From Spirochaetaceae bacterium (GTDB lineage Bacteria > Spirochaetota > Spirochaetia > DSM-2461), in contig JAOPTT010000006.1 in NCBI GenBank assembly GCA_051531975.1, positions 320,656 to 384,655 on the forward strand: a stretch of DNA of 64,000 nt, given 5' to 3'. The notes beneath the pieces were generated by a model. That model did not search any database. It was given only the letters and a program-made list of their open reading frames with translations, and had not been told where the DNA came from. Below are positions 1 to 10,983 of the stretch, piece by piece. Made by a program: the position numbers and the translations under genes. How positions within the stretch are numbered: position 1 is the first letter of the stretch; the number at the start of each line of letters is the position of its first letter.

Positions 1-867
1 ATAAAAGGTGCTGTTGGAACACAAATTGATCAAATGACACTATTTGATGGTGATTTCAAAAAAGTACAACAATTAGAAGATAAAATAGTAGAACATTTAG
101 GAATAAAAGAATCCATAAATGCTGTAGGGCAGGTATATCCTAGAAGTTTAGATTACACTGTTGTTAGTGCTCTTTATACATTAACTAGTGGCCCAAGTAG
201 TTTTGCAAAAACATTAAGAATAATGGCAGGAAATGAGACTGCGTCAGAAGGTTTTGCAAAAGGACAAGTTGGTTCATCAGCAATGCCTCATAAAATGAAT
301 AGTAGATCTTGTGAAAGAGTTAATGGTTTCCATGTAATATTAAATGGTTATATGAATATGTTAGCTGGTTTATCTGGTGATCAATGGAATGAGGGAGATG
401 TTTCTTGTTCTGTAGTTCGAAGAGTAGCATTACCAGACTCATTTTTTGCAGTAGATGGATTATTTGAAACATTCCTTACAATTTTAAATCAATTTGAATC
501 TTTTCCAGCAGTTATTGAAAAAGAGAATATACACTATTTCCCATTCTTATCAACTACTACAATAATGATGGAAGCTATAAAAAAAGGTGCTGGAAGAGAG
601 TCTGCTCATGAATCAATAAAAGAACATGCAGTTCAAACTGTTAAAGATATAAGAAATGGTGTTGTAATCAAAAATGATCTATTAGAAAGATTAGCTTCTG
701 ATAACAGACTTGGTTTGAACATAACTGAATTAGAAAATATTGTAAAACGTGGAGAAGAACTTGTCGGTGCAGCAAAATCTCAGATTGATATTTTTTCTAA
801 ACAGGTTGATGTTTGGAGTAAAAAATATCCTGAATCAAAAAAATATAATCCTGGTTCTATACTTTAA
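1..867 (+). CDS. purB: Adenylosuccinate lyase, 5'-truncated by the window edge
   Basis: Frame open from base 1 (IKGAVGTQ...); fumarase/ASL signature GSSAMPHKMN. Confidence 0.9.
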   Translation: MKGAVGTQIDQMTLFDGDFKKVQQLEDKIVEHLGIKESINAVGQVYPRSLDYTVVSALYTLTSGPSSFAKTLRIMAGNETASEGFAKGQVGSSAMPHKMNSRSCERVNGFHVILNGYMNMLAGLSGDQWNEGDVSCSVVRRVALPDSFFAVDGLFETFLTILNQFESFPAVIEKENIHYFPFLSTTTIMMEAIKKGAGRESAHESIKEHAVQTVKDIRNGVVIKNDLLERLASDNRLGLNITELENIVKRGEELVGAAKSQIDIFSKQVDVWSKKYPESKKYNPGSIL

Positions 868-871
868 CTAG

Positions 872-903
872 AAAAAGCTCCTTAAATAATAAGGAGCTTT
901 TTT
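872..903. terminator. Bidirectional intrinsic terminator between purB and dcp
   Basis: aaaaagctcctta-aataa-taaggagcttttt hairpin between convergent genes. Confidence 0.9.
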
Positions 904-907
904 ATTT

Positions 908-2935
908 CTAGATTAAACCATCTCTTTTTAATAAAGCAGTTACATCAGGTTCTGAACCTCTAAACTTTTTATATAACTCCATTGGCTCTACAGTATTACC
1001 TTTTGAAAGTATATTTTCTGCAAAAGAACTAGCTGTTTTTAAATCAAATATTCCATTTTCTTTGAATAATTCGAATGCATCAGCATCTAATACTTCAGCC
1101 CATTTGTATGAATAATAACCAGCTGAATAACCTCCTGCAAAAATATGAGAAAATCCAGTAGATGTATTTGATTCGTTATTTGGTAGAAGTCTAGTTTTTT
1201 CAAGTATTGTTTCTTCAAATTCTTCAACATCTTTTATTGTTTTGGGGTCAGTAGAGTGCCACGCCATATCTAGAAAACCTAACGATAATTGTCTATTATT
1301 GTTACTTCCAGCATTAAATGTTTGTGTTTCCTTAAGTTTATTGATCAAATCTAATGGGATAATTTCATCTGTTTTATAATGTTTTGCAAAAATTTCTAAT
1401 GTTTCTGATTCAAGTAACCAATTTTCCATAATTTGAGATGGTAACTCAACAAAATCCCACATAACATTAGGACTTGCTAATGAGCAATATTTAACATCAC
1501 TTAATAAACCATGCAAAGCATGCCCAAATTCATGAAAAACGGTTCTAACTTCATCAAAACTTAGTAGAGAAGGTGTATCAGATGTAGACGGTGTTAAATT
1601 TCCACTTATAAGAATATGTGGTCTTTTAATTTCTCCATCCTGTAGTCCCTGTGTTCTAAATGTATTCATCCAAGCTCCACCCTGTTTAGTCTCTCTAGGA
1701 TATAGATCTATATAAAGTAAACCAATAAAATTTAATTTTGAATCTTCAACCCTATATGTTTTAACTTCAGGATGATAAACTTGAACATCATTAATTTCTG
1801 TAAAAATTAAATTATACATTCGTTTTGCAACGACAAAGATTCCATCTAATACATTTTCTGCTTTAAAATACGGTCTAAGTTCCTCTTGATCAAAATTGAA
1901 TCTTTGTTTTTTAAGTTTCTGGGAGTAATAAGCAAAATCCCAACTTTGCAGTTCTTCAATTCCATCTTTTAATGCAATTTTTTGTAATTCTTCTAATTCC
2001 TTTTTTGCAGCAGGTAGAGATTTTTCTAATATATTATTTAGAAAACTCATTACTATATCAGGACTATTAGCCATCCGTTTTTCTAATGTATAATTAGCAT
2101 GATTTTCATATCCTAATAATTTAGCTCTTTGGTCTTTTAATGAAATAATATCTAATATTGTTTCACGATTATCATAGTTGCCTGATAGATTTTTAATACC
2201 ATAAGCTTTAGATAATTTTTTCCTCAATTCTCTGTTATCTGCATATTGGATCACAGGAATGTAGCTAGGCATTTGTAAAGTAAAAACCCACCCATTATCA
2301 AAACCTTTTTCAGTAGCTTTTGATTTTGCAGCTGATATCGCATTTTTTGGTATACCTTCTATTTTTTTTTCATCAGTTAAATGAATCATAAACTCATTTA
2401 CTGCATCTAAAACATTTTTTGAGAACTTAGGACTTAACAAACTTAATTCTTCATCTATTTGTTGTAACTTAATTTTATCGTTATCTGATAAAAGTGCTCC
2501 ATTTCTTGTAAAGCTTTTATATGTAATATTAAGTAACCTTAACTCTTCTATTGATAAATCTAGAACCGATATTTTATTAAATATTGTTTCTACTTTTGTA
2601 AATAACATACCATCAGTAAAAATATCCCCTGAAAATTTTGCTAATTTAGGTGAAATAATCTCAGATAATTTTTTAAACTCAGACTCCGAATGTAGACTGT
2701 AAAGGTTGAAATATATGCTTGTTACTTTATCAAGAGTACTGGATACCATCTCTAATGCTTCAATTGTATTTGTAAATGTAGGTTCATTATTTTGGTTTTT
2801 TATATTGCTTATATTTATATATGCTTCTTTTAAAGCTATTTCAAAGCTTGGTATAAAGTGTTCAATCTTTATATCATTAAATGGAATAGCTTCATATTTA
2901 TTATCGTATGTTGATATTATTGGGTTGTTTTTCAT
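908..2935 (-). CDS. dcp: M3 family metallopeptidase (peptidyl-dipeptidase Dcp / oligopeptidase A-like)
   Basis: HEFGHALH zinc motif, DFVELPSQIMENW, FSHIFAGGYSAGYYSYKWAEVLDADAF; aaggag SD. Confidence 0.9.
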   Translation of the reverse strand: MKNNPIISTYDNKYEAIPFNDIKIEHFIPSFEIALKEAYINISNIKNQNNEPTFTNTIEALEMVSSTLDKVTSIYFNLYSLHSESEFKKLSEIISPKLAKFSGDIFTDGMLFTKVETIFNKISVLDLSIEELRLLNITYKSFTRNGALLSDNDKIKLQQIDEELSLLSPKFSKNVLDAVNEFMIHLTDEKKIEGIPKNAISAAKSKATEKGFDNGWVFTLQMPSYIPVIQYADNRELRKKLSKAYGIKNLSGNYDNRETILDIISLKDQRAKLLGYENHANYTLEKRMANSPDIVMSFLNNILEKSLPAAKKELEELQKIALKDGIEELQSWDFAYYSQKLKKQRFNFDQEELRPYFKAENVLDGIFVVAKRMYNLIFTEINDVQVYHPEVKTYRVEDSKLNFIGLLYIDLYPRETKQGGAWMNTFRTQGLQDGEIKRPHILISGNLTPSTSDTPSLLSFDEVRTVFHEFGHALHGLLSDVKYCSLASPNVMWDFVELPSQIMENWLLESETLEIFAKHYKTDEIIPLDLINKLKETQTFNAGSNNNRQLSLGFLDMAWHSTDPKTIKDVEEFEETILEKTRLLPNNESNTSTGFSHIFAGGYSAGYYSYKWAEVLDADAFELFKENGIFDLKTASSFAENILSKGNTVEPMELYKKFRGSEPDVTALLKRDGLI

Positions 2936-3038
2936 TAAAATCTCCTTAATATAAATATAGTAAATAATAAAATAATTCTAAATAGCTAAACTTAAAATAA
3001 ATAGTGTCATTTATTTATTTTTATATTAGAATGAAATT

Positions 3039-4400
3039 ATGGAATATAATGAAGAAGTAAAAGAACTGTTAGAATCTTATCATGCTAAAATAGAATCAGA
3101 AGTAATGCCACATTTGTCTGAGGAGTTTACAAAATTATATAGTAACTTCGTAGAACTAATAGGAAAATTAAAAAATAAAGGTCTTCTTAAAGAAGATCCA
3201 TATGCAAAAAACTCAGGTGTCACTGAATTATCACTTCCCGATACAGAACACTTCCCTGACAATGAATCTAGTTGGAAAGTTCCAGAAAGAGTTTCTCAAT
3301 ACGATGCTATATTATCATATATTACACATAACTATGTGTTTAGTATGAATACGTTTAACTTTGTAGAACTTGATAAAATGAAGAAATTTCTTGATTATTA
3401 TGATTGGAAAGATTTAATGAATCCAACAGTTCCTGATTTAAATACACAATCATTAGGAAAAATTGCTATTTCTTTTAGAAGTTCTACTCAAGATAGCCTT
3501 GTAATTAAAACATTTGATCAATGCGCAGATCAAATATCAAAAAGCATTGAATCAATAATGAGTAAATTAAAATTTATACTTCTATATTTAAAAGAGAGTT
3601 ATAAATTATTTATCAGGGTTGATATATTACCAATAGTAATACAAAAACATCCTGATGCTTTAGAATCAAAAATATTAGTATTAGTTTGTACTGAGATTAA
3701 AGAGAATTATTCATACCTAAAACTTATAAAGAAATATATAACTGAAGTAGCCAAAGAGGAGTTCTCTCCAGAAGGTAATGCTCTAAAAGAAAGTGTTATT
3801 AAAAAACTTTCTATAACAAAAAAAACTGAAGTTAAAGAGAAGAAAGAAGTAAAAGTTGATTTAACAAAAGATTTGGTTACCTTGCTTATGGAAATTGGTA
3901 AAATTAGAATACATCTAGCAGCAAGTATAGATAAAATGTTTCAAAATCATAATAATCTTTTACAGAGAGAAGGCTCCTTTATAGGAAAATTATTCAAAAA
4001 GTTATCTAGTATTTTATTTAATGTGATACCTAAAACATTCTATCAATTAAAGATAACAAACAAAAAAGGAACAAGTAAAAACTTAAGTCTACATTTTGAG
4101 CAATTTTATCAAGATATTAAAAAACTAGAATATGAATTAATTGAATTTGCCGAAGAAGATAAAACATTAATGTTTATAAATAAACATCAAAATATAACCC
4201 AAAGGATTGATAAAATTATTATTACAATTAAAAAGGATGTCAATATTTTAGTTTCTTTAGATTCTTATCTTAAAGTTGAGTTGAAAAACAAAAATGCTAA
4301 AGCTAAAGGTATTAAACCTGAATTAACTGTAATTAAAAGTTTAATTAATAATATTGCATCATTGTATAGGGATTATTTAGATAATGTAGATGGGGCTTAA
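3039..4400 (+). CDS. Hypothetical helical cytoplasmic protein (453 aa)
   Basis: Long ORF with genome-typical codon usage and no recognised motif; promoter-like GTGTCA-N17-TAGAAT directly upstream. Confidence 0.75.
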   Translation: MEYNEEVKELLESYHAKIESEVMPHLSEEFTKLYSNFVELIGKLKNKGLLKEDPYAKNSGVTELSLPDTEHFPDNESSWKVPERVSQYDAILSYITHNYVFSMNTFNFVELDKMKKFLDYYDWKDLMNPTVPDLNTQSLGKIAISFRSSTQDSLVIKTFDQCADQISKSIESIMSKLKFILLYLKESYKLFIRVDILPIVIQKHPDALESKILVLVCTEIKENYSYLKLIKKYITEVAKEEFSPEGNALKESVIKKLSITKKTEVKEKKEVKVDLTKDLVTLLMEIGKIRIHLAASIDKMFQNHNNLLQREGSFIGKLFKKLSSILFNVIPKTFYQLKITNKKGTSKNLSLHFEQFYQDIKKLEYELIEFAEEDKTLMFINKHQNITQRIDKIIITIKKDVNILVSLDSYLKVELKNKNAKAKGIKPELTVIKSLINNIASLYRDYLDNVDGA

Positions 4401-4413
4401 TGCACCATCTACA
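4385..4413. terminator. Hairpin between convergent genes
   Basis: tgtagatgg...ccatctaca inverted repeat spanning the stop codon at 4400. Confidence 0.5.
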
Positions 4414-4418
4414 AATAT

Positions 4419-4697
4419 TTAACTAGCTACATCTAGATATTTAACTGATGAACCATCACGTAATAGGCAGATTAGTTCAATCCTACTGTTAATATTTATT
4501 TTTCTAAATATATTATAAATATGTTTTTTTACAGTAGTTTCAGAAATATAAAGTATTTCTCCAATGATTCTATTTTTTAAACCTTTATTGATTAAAAATC
4601 CGATCTCTTTCTCTCTAACTGTTAAACTGTATTTATTTAAGTTAGAGTCTTTTTCTTCTAGGAATGTATTACATTCTAAGTTTAATAAGTCATTCAT
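4419..4697 (-). CDS. Stand-alone LuxR/GerE-type HTH transcriptional regulator
   Basis: LTVREKEI..GLKNRIIGEILYISETTVKKHIYNIFRK; start moved to ATG 4697 behind an agagg SD. Confidence 0.85.
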   Translation of the reverse strand: MNDLLNLECNTFLEEKDSNLNKYSLTVREKEIGFLINKGLKNRIIGEILYISETTVKKHIYNIFRKININSRIELICLLRDGSSVKYLDVAS

Positions 4698-5251
4698 AAT
4701 TATACCTCTATTTATCATTTGCAAATAGAAGATTATAGGACTTTAAGCATTTCAGCTTCTCAGTAAGTCGTAAATTATATAATCTTTAACTCATAAATAT
4801 AATATTATAAATAAAAGTACTTTGTCAAATAGTTTATTTTTTTACATGATTTTTTGTAAAAATTATTTTTTTTGTTATTTTTTGTATATTTTTATCATAT
4901 AATATAAAAACATTGAAATATTGCTAGTGTGAAATGCGTATAAATATACAGGCTTTACTATAATTTATACACAATATACTAATTTAACATATTGTTTATT
5001 CTTTTGTTCTGAATCATTGTACGAATTTCGTTTTACGCAACATTTGTTGTGTTTTTTGGGATTAGAAAAATATATATAAAAATATTATACGTATATCGAC
5101 AATAATAACCATTGTAAATACGAAATATGTTTATTATGTCCAATAGTCTTCGAATTGAGTTTTATTGATAAATTAGTTGCCATAATACACTTTTGAAGGT
5201 TATAATAATAATATGTGAGTAATTAAAGTTGCTCAAAAAAAAGGAGAAAAT

Positions 5252-6829
5252 GTGAAAAAAATAATATTATTTTTCATGACTGTACTAGTTATGTTCAGCT
5301 TTGTTAGTTGTTCAAAGAAGGTAGTTGAAGTTAAAGAACCAACAGTTTTTAAAATTGCTAATGGAGCAGAGCCATCGTCTTTGGATCCATCTTTTATCCA
5401 AGGAACAGTAGAGAATAGAATCTACCAAGCTTTATTTGAAGGTTTAGTTGCATATGACCCAACAACAGCTAGAGCTATTCCTGGTGTTGCTGAGAGTTGG
5501 ACTATCAGTGATGACAAAACAGTTTATACATTTAAATTAAGAAAAAGTGCTTGGACAAATGGAACTGCAATTACTGCACATACATTTGTTGATTCATGGA
5601 CTAGAACTTTAGATCCAAATACTGCTGCACCTTATGCGTGGTTCCCTGGAATGTTCTTAAAAGGAGCTAATGAATTTAACTCTGGTGATGCTGATGCATC
5701 TTCTTTAGGAATTAAAGCTATTGATGATTATACTTTCGAAGTTACTTTAGTAGGACCACTACCATATGCGTTAGATGCTTTTGCACACTACTCATTTGGT
5801 ATTACTCCTAAAGAAGTAATTGCTGAATTCGGTGATTCTTGGACAAATGTTGAAAACATTGTTACAAATGGTCCTTTTACTCTTAAAGAGTGGGCACCAC
5901 AAGATAAATTAGTTGTTGCTAAAAACCCTAAATACTGGGATGCTGCAAGTGTTAAGTTAGATGAAGTTATTTACTTTGCTGTAGATGATATCGATACTAC
6001 TTACAACATGTTCTTAAATGGTGAAGCTGACTGGGTTACAACTGTACCTACAGATTTAATTCCAGAAGCTAAGTTAAGAGATGATGTTACTTTTAGCCCA
6101 GGTTTAATTACATATTACTATGTATTAAATACTACAATTGAGCCAATATCTGATGTTAGAGTTAGACAGGCATTATCAATGGCTATAGATAGAAAAGCAT
6201 TAGTTGAAAGAGTTACTAAAGCTGGACAAATACCTGCAGCTTCAATGGTTCCAGATATGGACGGTTACCCAGCAGTAGGTGGAAACTTCTTAGATATTGA
6301 AAAAGCACAAGCTTTATTAGCTGAAGCTGGTTACCCTAATGGTGAAGGTTTCCCTGAACTTCCTGTATTATATAATACAAGTGAAGGTCATAAAAAAATC
6401 GCTGAGTTTGTTCAATCTCAATGGGAAGAGAACTTAGGAATTACAGTTACTCTAGAAAACCAAGAGTGGAAAACTTACCTTGCTTCAAAAAATGCTCATG
6501 ACTTTAAAGTTGCTAGAGCAGGTTGGGCAGGTGATTATCAAGATCCTAATACTTTCTTAGACATGTTTGTTACTGGTTCTTCAATGAACGATATGCAATA
6601 TGCTAACCCTGAGTATGATGCTTTAATTACAAAAGCAGCTACAATGGAAGCTGGTAAAGGACGATTTGATGCTTTAAGAGAAGCTGAATTGATGTTAGTT
6701 AAAAGAGATCAAGCACTTATTCCATTATACTTCTACATTGTTGTTAACGGAATCGATACTTCTAAATGGGGTGGATGGGCTCCAAATGTATTAGACTTAC
6801 ACCCAGTAAGACAAATTTACAAAAAATAA
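5252..6829 (+). CDS. oppA: Oligopeptide ABC transporter substrate-binding lipoprotein
   Basis: Lipobox FVSC; EPSSLDP, LFEGLV, NGPFTLKEW, GWAGDYQDP; GTG start after aaggag. Confidence 0.92.
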   Translation: MKKIILFFMTVLVMFSFVSCSKKVVEVKEPTVFKIANGAEPSSLDPSFIQGTVENRIYQALFEGLVAYDPTTARAIPGVAESWTISDDKTVYTFKLRKSAWTNGTAITAHTFVDSWTRTLDPNTAAPYAWFPGMFLKGANEFNSGDADASSLGIKAIDDYTFEVTLVGPLPYALDAFAHYSFGITPKEVIAEFGDSWTNVENIVTNGPFTLKEWAPQDKLVVAKNPKYWDAASVKLDEVIYFAVDDIDTTYNMFLNGEADWVTTVPTDLIPEAKLRDDVTFSPGLITYYYVLNTTIEPISDVRVRQALSMAIDRKALVERVTKAGQIPAASMVPDMDGYPAVGGNFLDIEKAQALLAEAGYPNGEGFPELPVLYNTSEGHKKIAEFVQSQWEENLGITVTLENQEWKTYLASKNAHDFKVARAGWAGDYQDPNTFLDMFVTGSSMNDMQYANPEYDALITKAATMEAGKGRFDALREAELMLVKRDQALIPLYFYIVVNGIDTSKWGGWAPNVLDLHPVRQIYKK

Positions 6830-6848
6830 ATATTTTTATACTAAAATA

Positions 6849-6888
6849 AATAAGAGTCACCTATGTTTATTCGTAGGTGACTCTTATT
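6849..6888 (+). terminator. 17-bp stem-loop between oppA and oppB (stabiliser or partial terminator)
   Basis: aataagagtcacctatg-tttatt-cgtaggtgactcttatt. Confidence 0.75.
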
Positions 6889-6956
6889 CAATTAATAATT
6901 GAATATGAAAATTTTCAGCTTAGCTGTTTATATATACAAATTAAAATGAGGTATTT

Positions 6957-7886
6957 ATGCTTAAATTTACAATAAAAAGATTCCTGGGAATGATACCAAC
7001 AATGTTTGCTATTATTACTATTGGGTTCTTTTTAATTCGGGTTGCTCCAGGTGGCCCATTTGATGCGGAGAAAAAACTTCCAGATCAAGTTTTACGAAAC
7101 ATCGAGGCGAAGTATCATCTTGATAAACCTGTTCCAGTACAATTTTTTATGTATTTAGGAAACGTACTACAAGGTGATTTTGGTCCATCTTATAAATATA
7201 CAGATCATGATGTTAACTTTTACATTTTTAATAGTTTACCAAATTCAATGCTGCTAGGAGCTGTGGCTCTTTTTTTTGCATTAGTATTTGGAGTCTTAGT
7301 TGGAATATCATCAGCTTTAAATCAGAATACATGGATCGATTATTCAGGTATGGGTTTTGCCGTCATTGGAATTGCTGTGCCCACATTTGTAGTTGGTCCT
7401 GTTTTAATGTATGTATTAGCTATGAAATTTCAATTGTTGCCTACTTCAGGTTGGATTACATCAGATGCCGGTTTAAAAACAATGATTATGCCAGTTATAA
7501 CATTATCTATACCATATTTTGGAACTATTGCTAGATTATCTAGAGCGAGTGTTCTAGAAGTTTTAAGAAGTTCTTATGTAAGAACTGCATATGCAAAAGG
7601 GTTAAGTAAGCAAGTTGTAATTTTTAGACATGTGCTTAAAGGCGCTATGTTACCTATCGTAAGTTTCTTAGGTCCAGCCTTTGCAGGTATTATAACAGGT
7701 TCAATTGTTGTTGAATCTATATTTAGAGTTCCTGGATTAGGTAAATTCTTTGTTCAATCAGCTTTAAACCGAGATTATACACTTATTATGGGTGTTTTAA
7801 TTGTCTATTCATTTATTCTTATCATTATGAATTTTGTTGTAGATATAATTTATGCTTTTCTAGATCCTAGAATAAGCTACAAGTAA
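6957..7886 (+). CDS. oppB: Oligopeptide ABC permease
   Basis: APGGPFD, GDFGPSY, EAA-like loop RTAYAKGLS. Confidence 0.92.
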   Translation: MLKFTIKRFLGMIPTMFAIITIGFFLIRVAPGGPFDAEKKLPDQVLRNIEAKYHLDKPVPVQFFMYLGNVLQGDFGPSYKYTDHDVNFYIFNSLPNSMLLGAVALFFALVFGVLVGISSALNQNTWIDYSGMGFAVIGIAVPTFVVGPVLMYVLAMKFQLLPTSGWITSDAGLKTMIMPVITLSIPYFGTIARLSRASVLEVLRSSYVRTAYAKGLSKQVVIFRHVLKGAMLPIVSFLGPAFAGIITGSIVVESIFRVPGLGKFFVQSALNRDYTLIMGVLIVYSFILIIMNFVVDIIYAFLDPRISYK

Positions 7887-7907
7887 ATTAGACTTATTGG
7901 AGTAATT

Positions 7908-8987
7908 ATGGGTAACACCGAAAATAAAAATAAAGCTGTTAATGAGTTTAACCAAGAAATGAAAGGTTCTAGTTTATCTCAAGACGCTTTTAAAAGATTA
8001 AAAAAGAATAAAATGGCTATGATAGGTATGTGGATAATTGCATTTTATATTGTAATATCTGCAGCAGCACCAATTTTACCAATATATTCATATAAAAAGC
8101 AGATTTTAGAGCATCAATATCTACCTCCTTCTTTCCGAAAAGCAGGTGAACTTGTTATGGAAAAAGAAGAAACTTATATGTGGCGAGTTGCTGAGAAAAT
8201 GGGTACTAATAAATTATCAGAATCCGATGAAGAAAGATTAGCTGATATAAAAAGTAGAATTGATACTGAAATGGCTACTATTAATGGTAAAGAGGTATTA
8301 GTTCATCATAGAGTATATCTATTAGGTACAGATGACTTAGGTCGTGATATGTTATCTAGAATAATATATGGTGGTCAAATCTCGATAGCAGTTGGTATAA
8401 TAGCAACAGTTATTTCTGTAATTATTGGTATTATATTTGGATCAATTGCTGGTTATGCTGGTGGAAAAACTGATTATATTATGATGCGAATAGTAGATAT
8501 TATGTATGGACTACCATATATGTTTCTTGTAATCATTTTTAAAGCCATTATGGGTAATAGTATTATTAACTTTTTTACCGCACTAGCTATAATATCATGG
8601 TTAACAACTGCAAGGGTTGTCCGAGGGCAAGTAATGTCGTTAAAAAACTCTGTATTTGTTGAAGCTGCAAGATCAATGGGAGCTAGTTCATCTAGAATTA
8701 TAGCCAAACATCTTGTACCAAATTGTTTGGGAATAATCATAGTTTTTGCAACACTTAGAGTTCCTAGTTTTATAATGATGGAGTCATTTTTATCTTTCTT
8801 AGGACTAGGTATGTCTGCTCCATATGCTTCATGGGGTTCTTTGATCAAAGATGGTATTAGTGGAATGACACAATATCCTTGGAGATTGTTTATACCCGCA
8901 GCTACTATGACTCTATTCCTCTTTGCTATGAACTTTTTTGGAGATGGTTTAAGAGATGCATTTGATCCACAAAGTAAGAATAAATAA
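7908..8987 (+). CDS. oppC: Oligopeptide ABC permease
   Basis: LGTDDLGRDMLSRIIYG, FVEAARSMGAS, ESFLSFLGLG, GDGLRDAFDP. Confidence 0.92.
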   Translation: MGNTENKNKAVNEFNQEMKGSSLSQDAFKRLKKNKMAMIGMWIIAFYIVISAAAPILPIYSYKKQILEHQYLPPSFRKAGELVMEKEETYMWRVAEKMGTNKLSESDEERLADIKSRIDTEMATINGKEVLVHHRVYLLGTDDLGRDMLSRIIYGGQISIAVGIIATVISVIIGIIFGSIAGYAGGKTDYIMMRIVDIMYGLPYMFLVIIFKAIMGNSIINFFTALAIISWLTTARVVRGQVMSLKNSVFVEAARSMGASSSRIIAKHLVPNCLGIIIVFATLRVPSFIMMESFLSFLGLGMSAPYASWGSLIKDGISGMTQYPWRLFIPAATMTLFLFAMNFFGDGLRDAFDPQSKNK

Positions 8988-8996
8988 GGAATATTT

Positions 8997-9983
8997 ATGA
9001 GTAATAATGATGTAATTTTAGAGGTTAAAAACCTTCAAACATATTTTAACACTGACGCTGGTGTCGTTAAAGCTGTAGATGGTGTAAATTTTGATCTAAA
9101 CAAAGGTGAAGTATTAGGTATTGTAGGGGAGTCTGGTTCAGGTAAGTCTGTTACAAGCTTATCTATAATGAACTTAATACCGACGCCTCCAGGAAAAATA
9201 GCTGGAGGAGAGATTCTTTTTAATGGTAAAAATCTCTTGGAAATGTCTGATAGGGATTTAAGAGCTGTACGTGGTGATAAAATCTCTATGATTTTTCAAG
9301 ATCCTATGACTTCATTAAATCCATTTTTAAGAATATCTACACAATTAATGGAAACTATTGAACTTCATCAAGGTTTAAACAGATCTGATGCTAAGAAAAA
9401 AGCTATTGAAATGCTTCAACTTGTTGGTATTCCTGATCCATCTAAAAAAGTGGATAATTATCCACATCAATTTTCTGGTGGAATGAGACAAAGAGTTATG
9501 ATAGCCATGGCTCTAAGTTGTAATCCTGAAGTTTTAATTGCCGATGAACCAACAACAGCTTTAGATGTAACAATTCAGGCGCAAATCTTAGACCTTATTA
9601 AGGATTTATCAAAACGTTTAAATACAGCTGTAATTATGATAACTCATGATTTAGGTGTTGTAGCTGGTATGTGTGATAAAGTTTGTGTAATGTATGCTGG
9701 TAAACTTGTTGAAAAGTCCTCTGCAATGGAACTTTTTAATGATCCAAAACACCCTTATACAGAAGGGCTAATTAAGTCTGTACCAAGATTAGATAAAGCG
9801 TCTCATCAGAAGCTTTATTCTATTGAAGGGCAACCACCTAATGTTATTGATCTTCCAGAGTGCTGTCCATTTCATCCAAGATGTGACAAAGTTCTTGATA
9901 AGTGTAGCTCTTGCTATCCTCCAGAAATAGAATTAGGTCCAGATCGATTAGTTCGATGTTGGTTATATGAGGAAGATAAATAA
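8997..9983 (+). CDS. oppD: Oligopeptide ABC ATPase
   Basis: [26 protein letters not shown]-terminal CPFHPRC. Confidence 0.93.
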   Translation: MSNNDVILEVKNLQTYFNTDAGVVKAVDGVNFDLNKGEVLGIVGESGSGKSVTSLSIMNLIPTPPGKIAGGEILFNGKNLLEMSDRDLRAVRGDKISMIFQDPMTSLNPFLRISTQLMETIELHQGLNRSDAKKKAIEMLQLVGIPDPSKKVDNYPHQFSGGMRQRVMIAMALSCNPEVLIADEPTTALDVTIQAQILDLIKDLSKRLNTAVIMITHDLGVVAGMCDKVCVMYAGKLVEKSSAMELFNDPKHPYTEGLIKSVPRLDKASHQKLYSIEGQPPNVIDLPECCPFHPRCDKVLDKCSSCYPPEIELGPDRLVRCWLYEEDK

Positions 9984-10954
9984 TGAAAAAGATTTTACAA
10001 ATAGAAGGTTTAAAACAACATTTTGATATTAAAGGTTCTAAAAGAGTCGTTAGGGCTGTCGACGGTTTAACTTTTGATTTATACGAGGGTGAAACCTTAG
10101 GTCTTGTTGGTGAGTCTGGTTGTGGTAAATCTACTACTTTGAGAGCAATTAACCAATTATATACTCCTACAGCAGGTATAGTGAACTTTGAGGGAAAAGA
10201 TTTAGCATCCCTAAGTAAAAAAGATCTTATTGCTGCTAGAAAAAATATGCAAATGGTTTTTCAAGATCCATATGATTCATTAAATCCAAGAATGACTGTT
10301 TCTCAAATTATATCTGAACCATTAGAAATATATAATAATCATGGTTTAGTTAAGATGAGTAAAAAAGATATTGCTGATAAGGTTGAAGATCTTATGGAAA
10401 CAGTTGGTTTGTCTAGATTTTTCAAAAATAGATACCCACATGAATTTTCAGGTGGTCAAAAACAGAGAATTGGAATTGCAAGAGCATTAGCATTAAATCC
10501 AAAAGTTTTATTACTTGATGAACCTGTAAGTGCACTAGATGTTTCTATTCAAGCGCAAATATTAAACTTGTTAGTTGAATTACAAGAAAAGATGGGGCTT
10601 TCTTATCTTTTTATCGCCCATGACTTAGCAGTTATTGAGTATATAAGCGATAGAGTTGCAGTAATGTATTTAGGGGTTATGGTTGAAGTTTCACCTTCAG
10701 ATGATATATATAAAAATCCACTACATCCTTATACTAAGGCACTTTTATCAGCAGTACCAATACCTGATCCTGAAATTGAGAAAACTAGGGAACGAATAAT
10801 ATTAGAAGGTGATGTTCCTTCACCTGATGTTGAAAGATTTGGTTGTTATTTTTACGATAGATGTCCAGATAAAATGGAAAAATGTAAATCTAATATTCCT
10901 GAGCTCTTAGATAATGGTGAAAATCATAAAGTAGCTTGTTTCTTATATGAATAA
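9983..10954 (+). CDS. oppF: Oligopeptide ABC ATPase
   Basis: GESGCGKST, FSGGQKQR, DEPVSALD. Confidence 0.93.
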   Translation: MKKILQIEGLKQHFDIKGSKRVVRAVDGLTFDLYEGETLGLVGESGCGKSTTLRAINQLYTPTAGIVNFEGKDLASLSKKDLIAARKNMQMVFQDPYDSLNPRMTVSQIISEPLEIYNNHGLVKMSKKDIADKVEDLMETVGLSRFFKNRYPHEFSGGQKQRIGIARALALNPKVLLLDEPVSALDVSIQAQILNLLVELQEKMGLSYLFIAHDLAVIEYISDRVAVMYLGVMVEVSPSDDIYKNPLHPYTKALLSAVPIPDPEIEKTRERIILEGDVPSPDVERFGCYFYDRCPDKMEKCKSNIPELLDNGENHKVACFLYE

Positions 10955-10957
10955 ATT

Positions 10958-10983
10958 AAAAAGCACACGTAAGTGTGCTTTTT
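10958..10983. terminator. Bidirectional intrinsic terminator
   Basis: aaaaagcacac-gtaa-gtgtgcttttt. Confidence 0.9.

Noticed and set aside
4738..4772. Hammerhead ribozyme or TPP riboswitch (ctgagaa...stem...aaa)
   Set aside because: The core does not fit CUGAnGA/GAAA, and the other TPP aptamer motifs are absent.
9449..9466. Back-to-back DnaA boxes (agtggataa/ttatccaca palindrome)
   Set aside because: It lies inside oppD and encodes the conserved D-N-Y-P-H motif; there is no box cluster or origin context.
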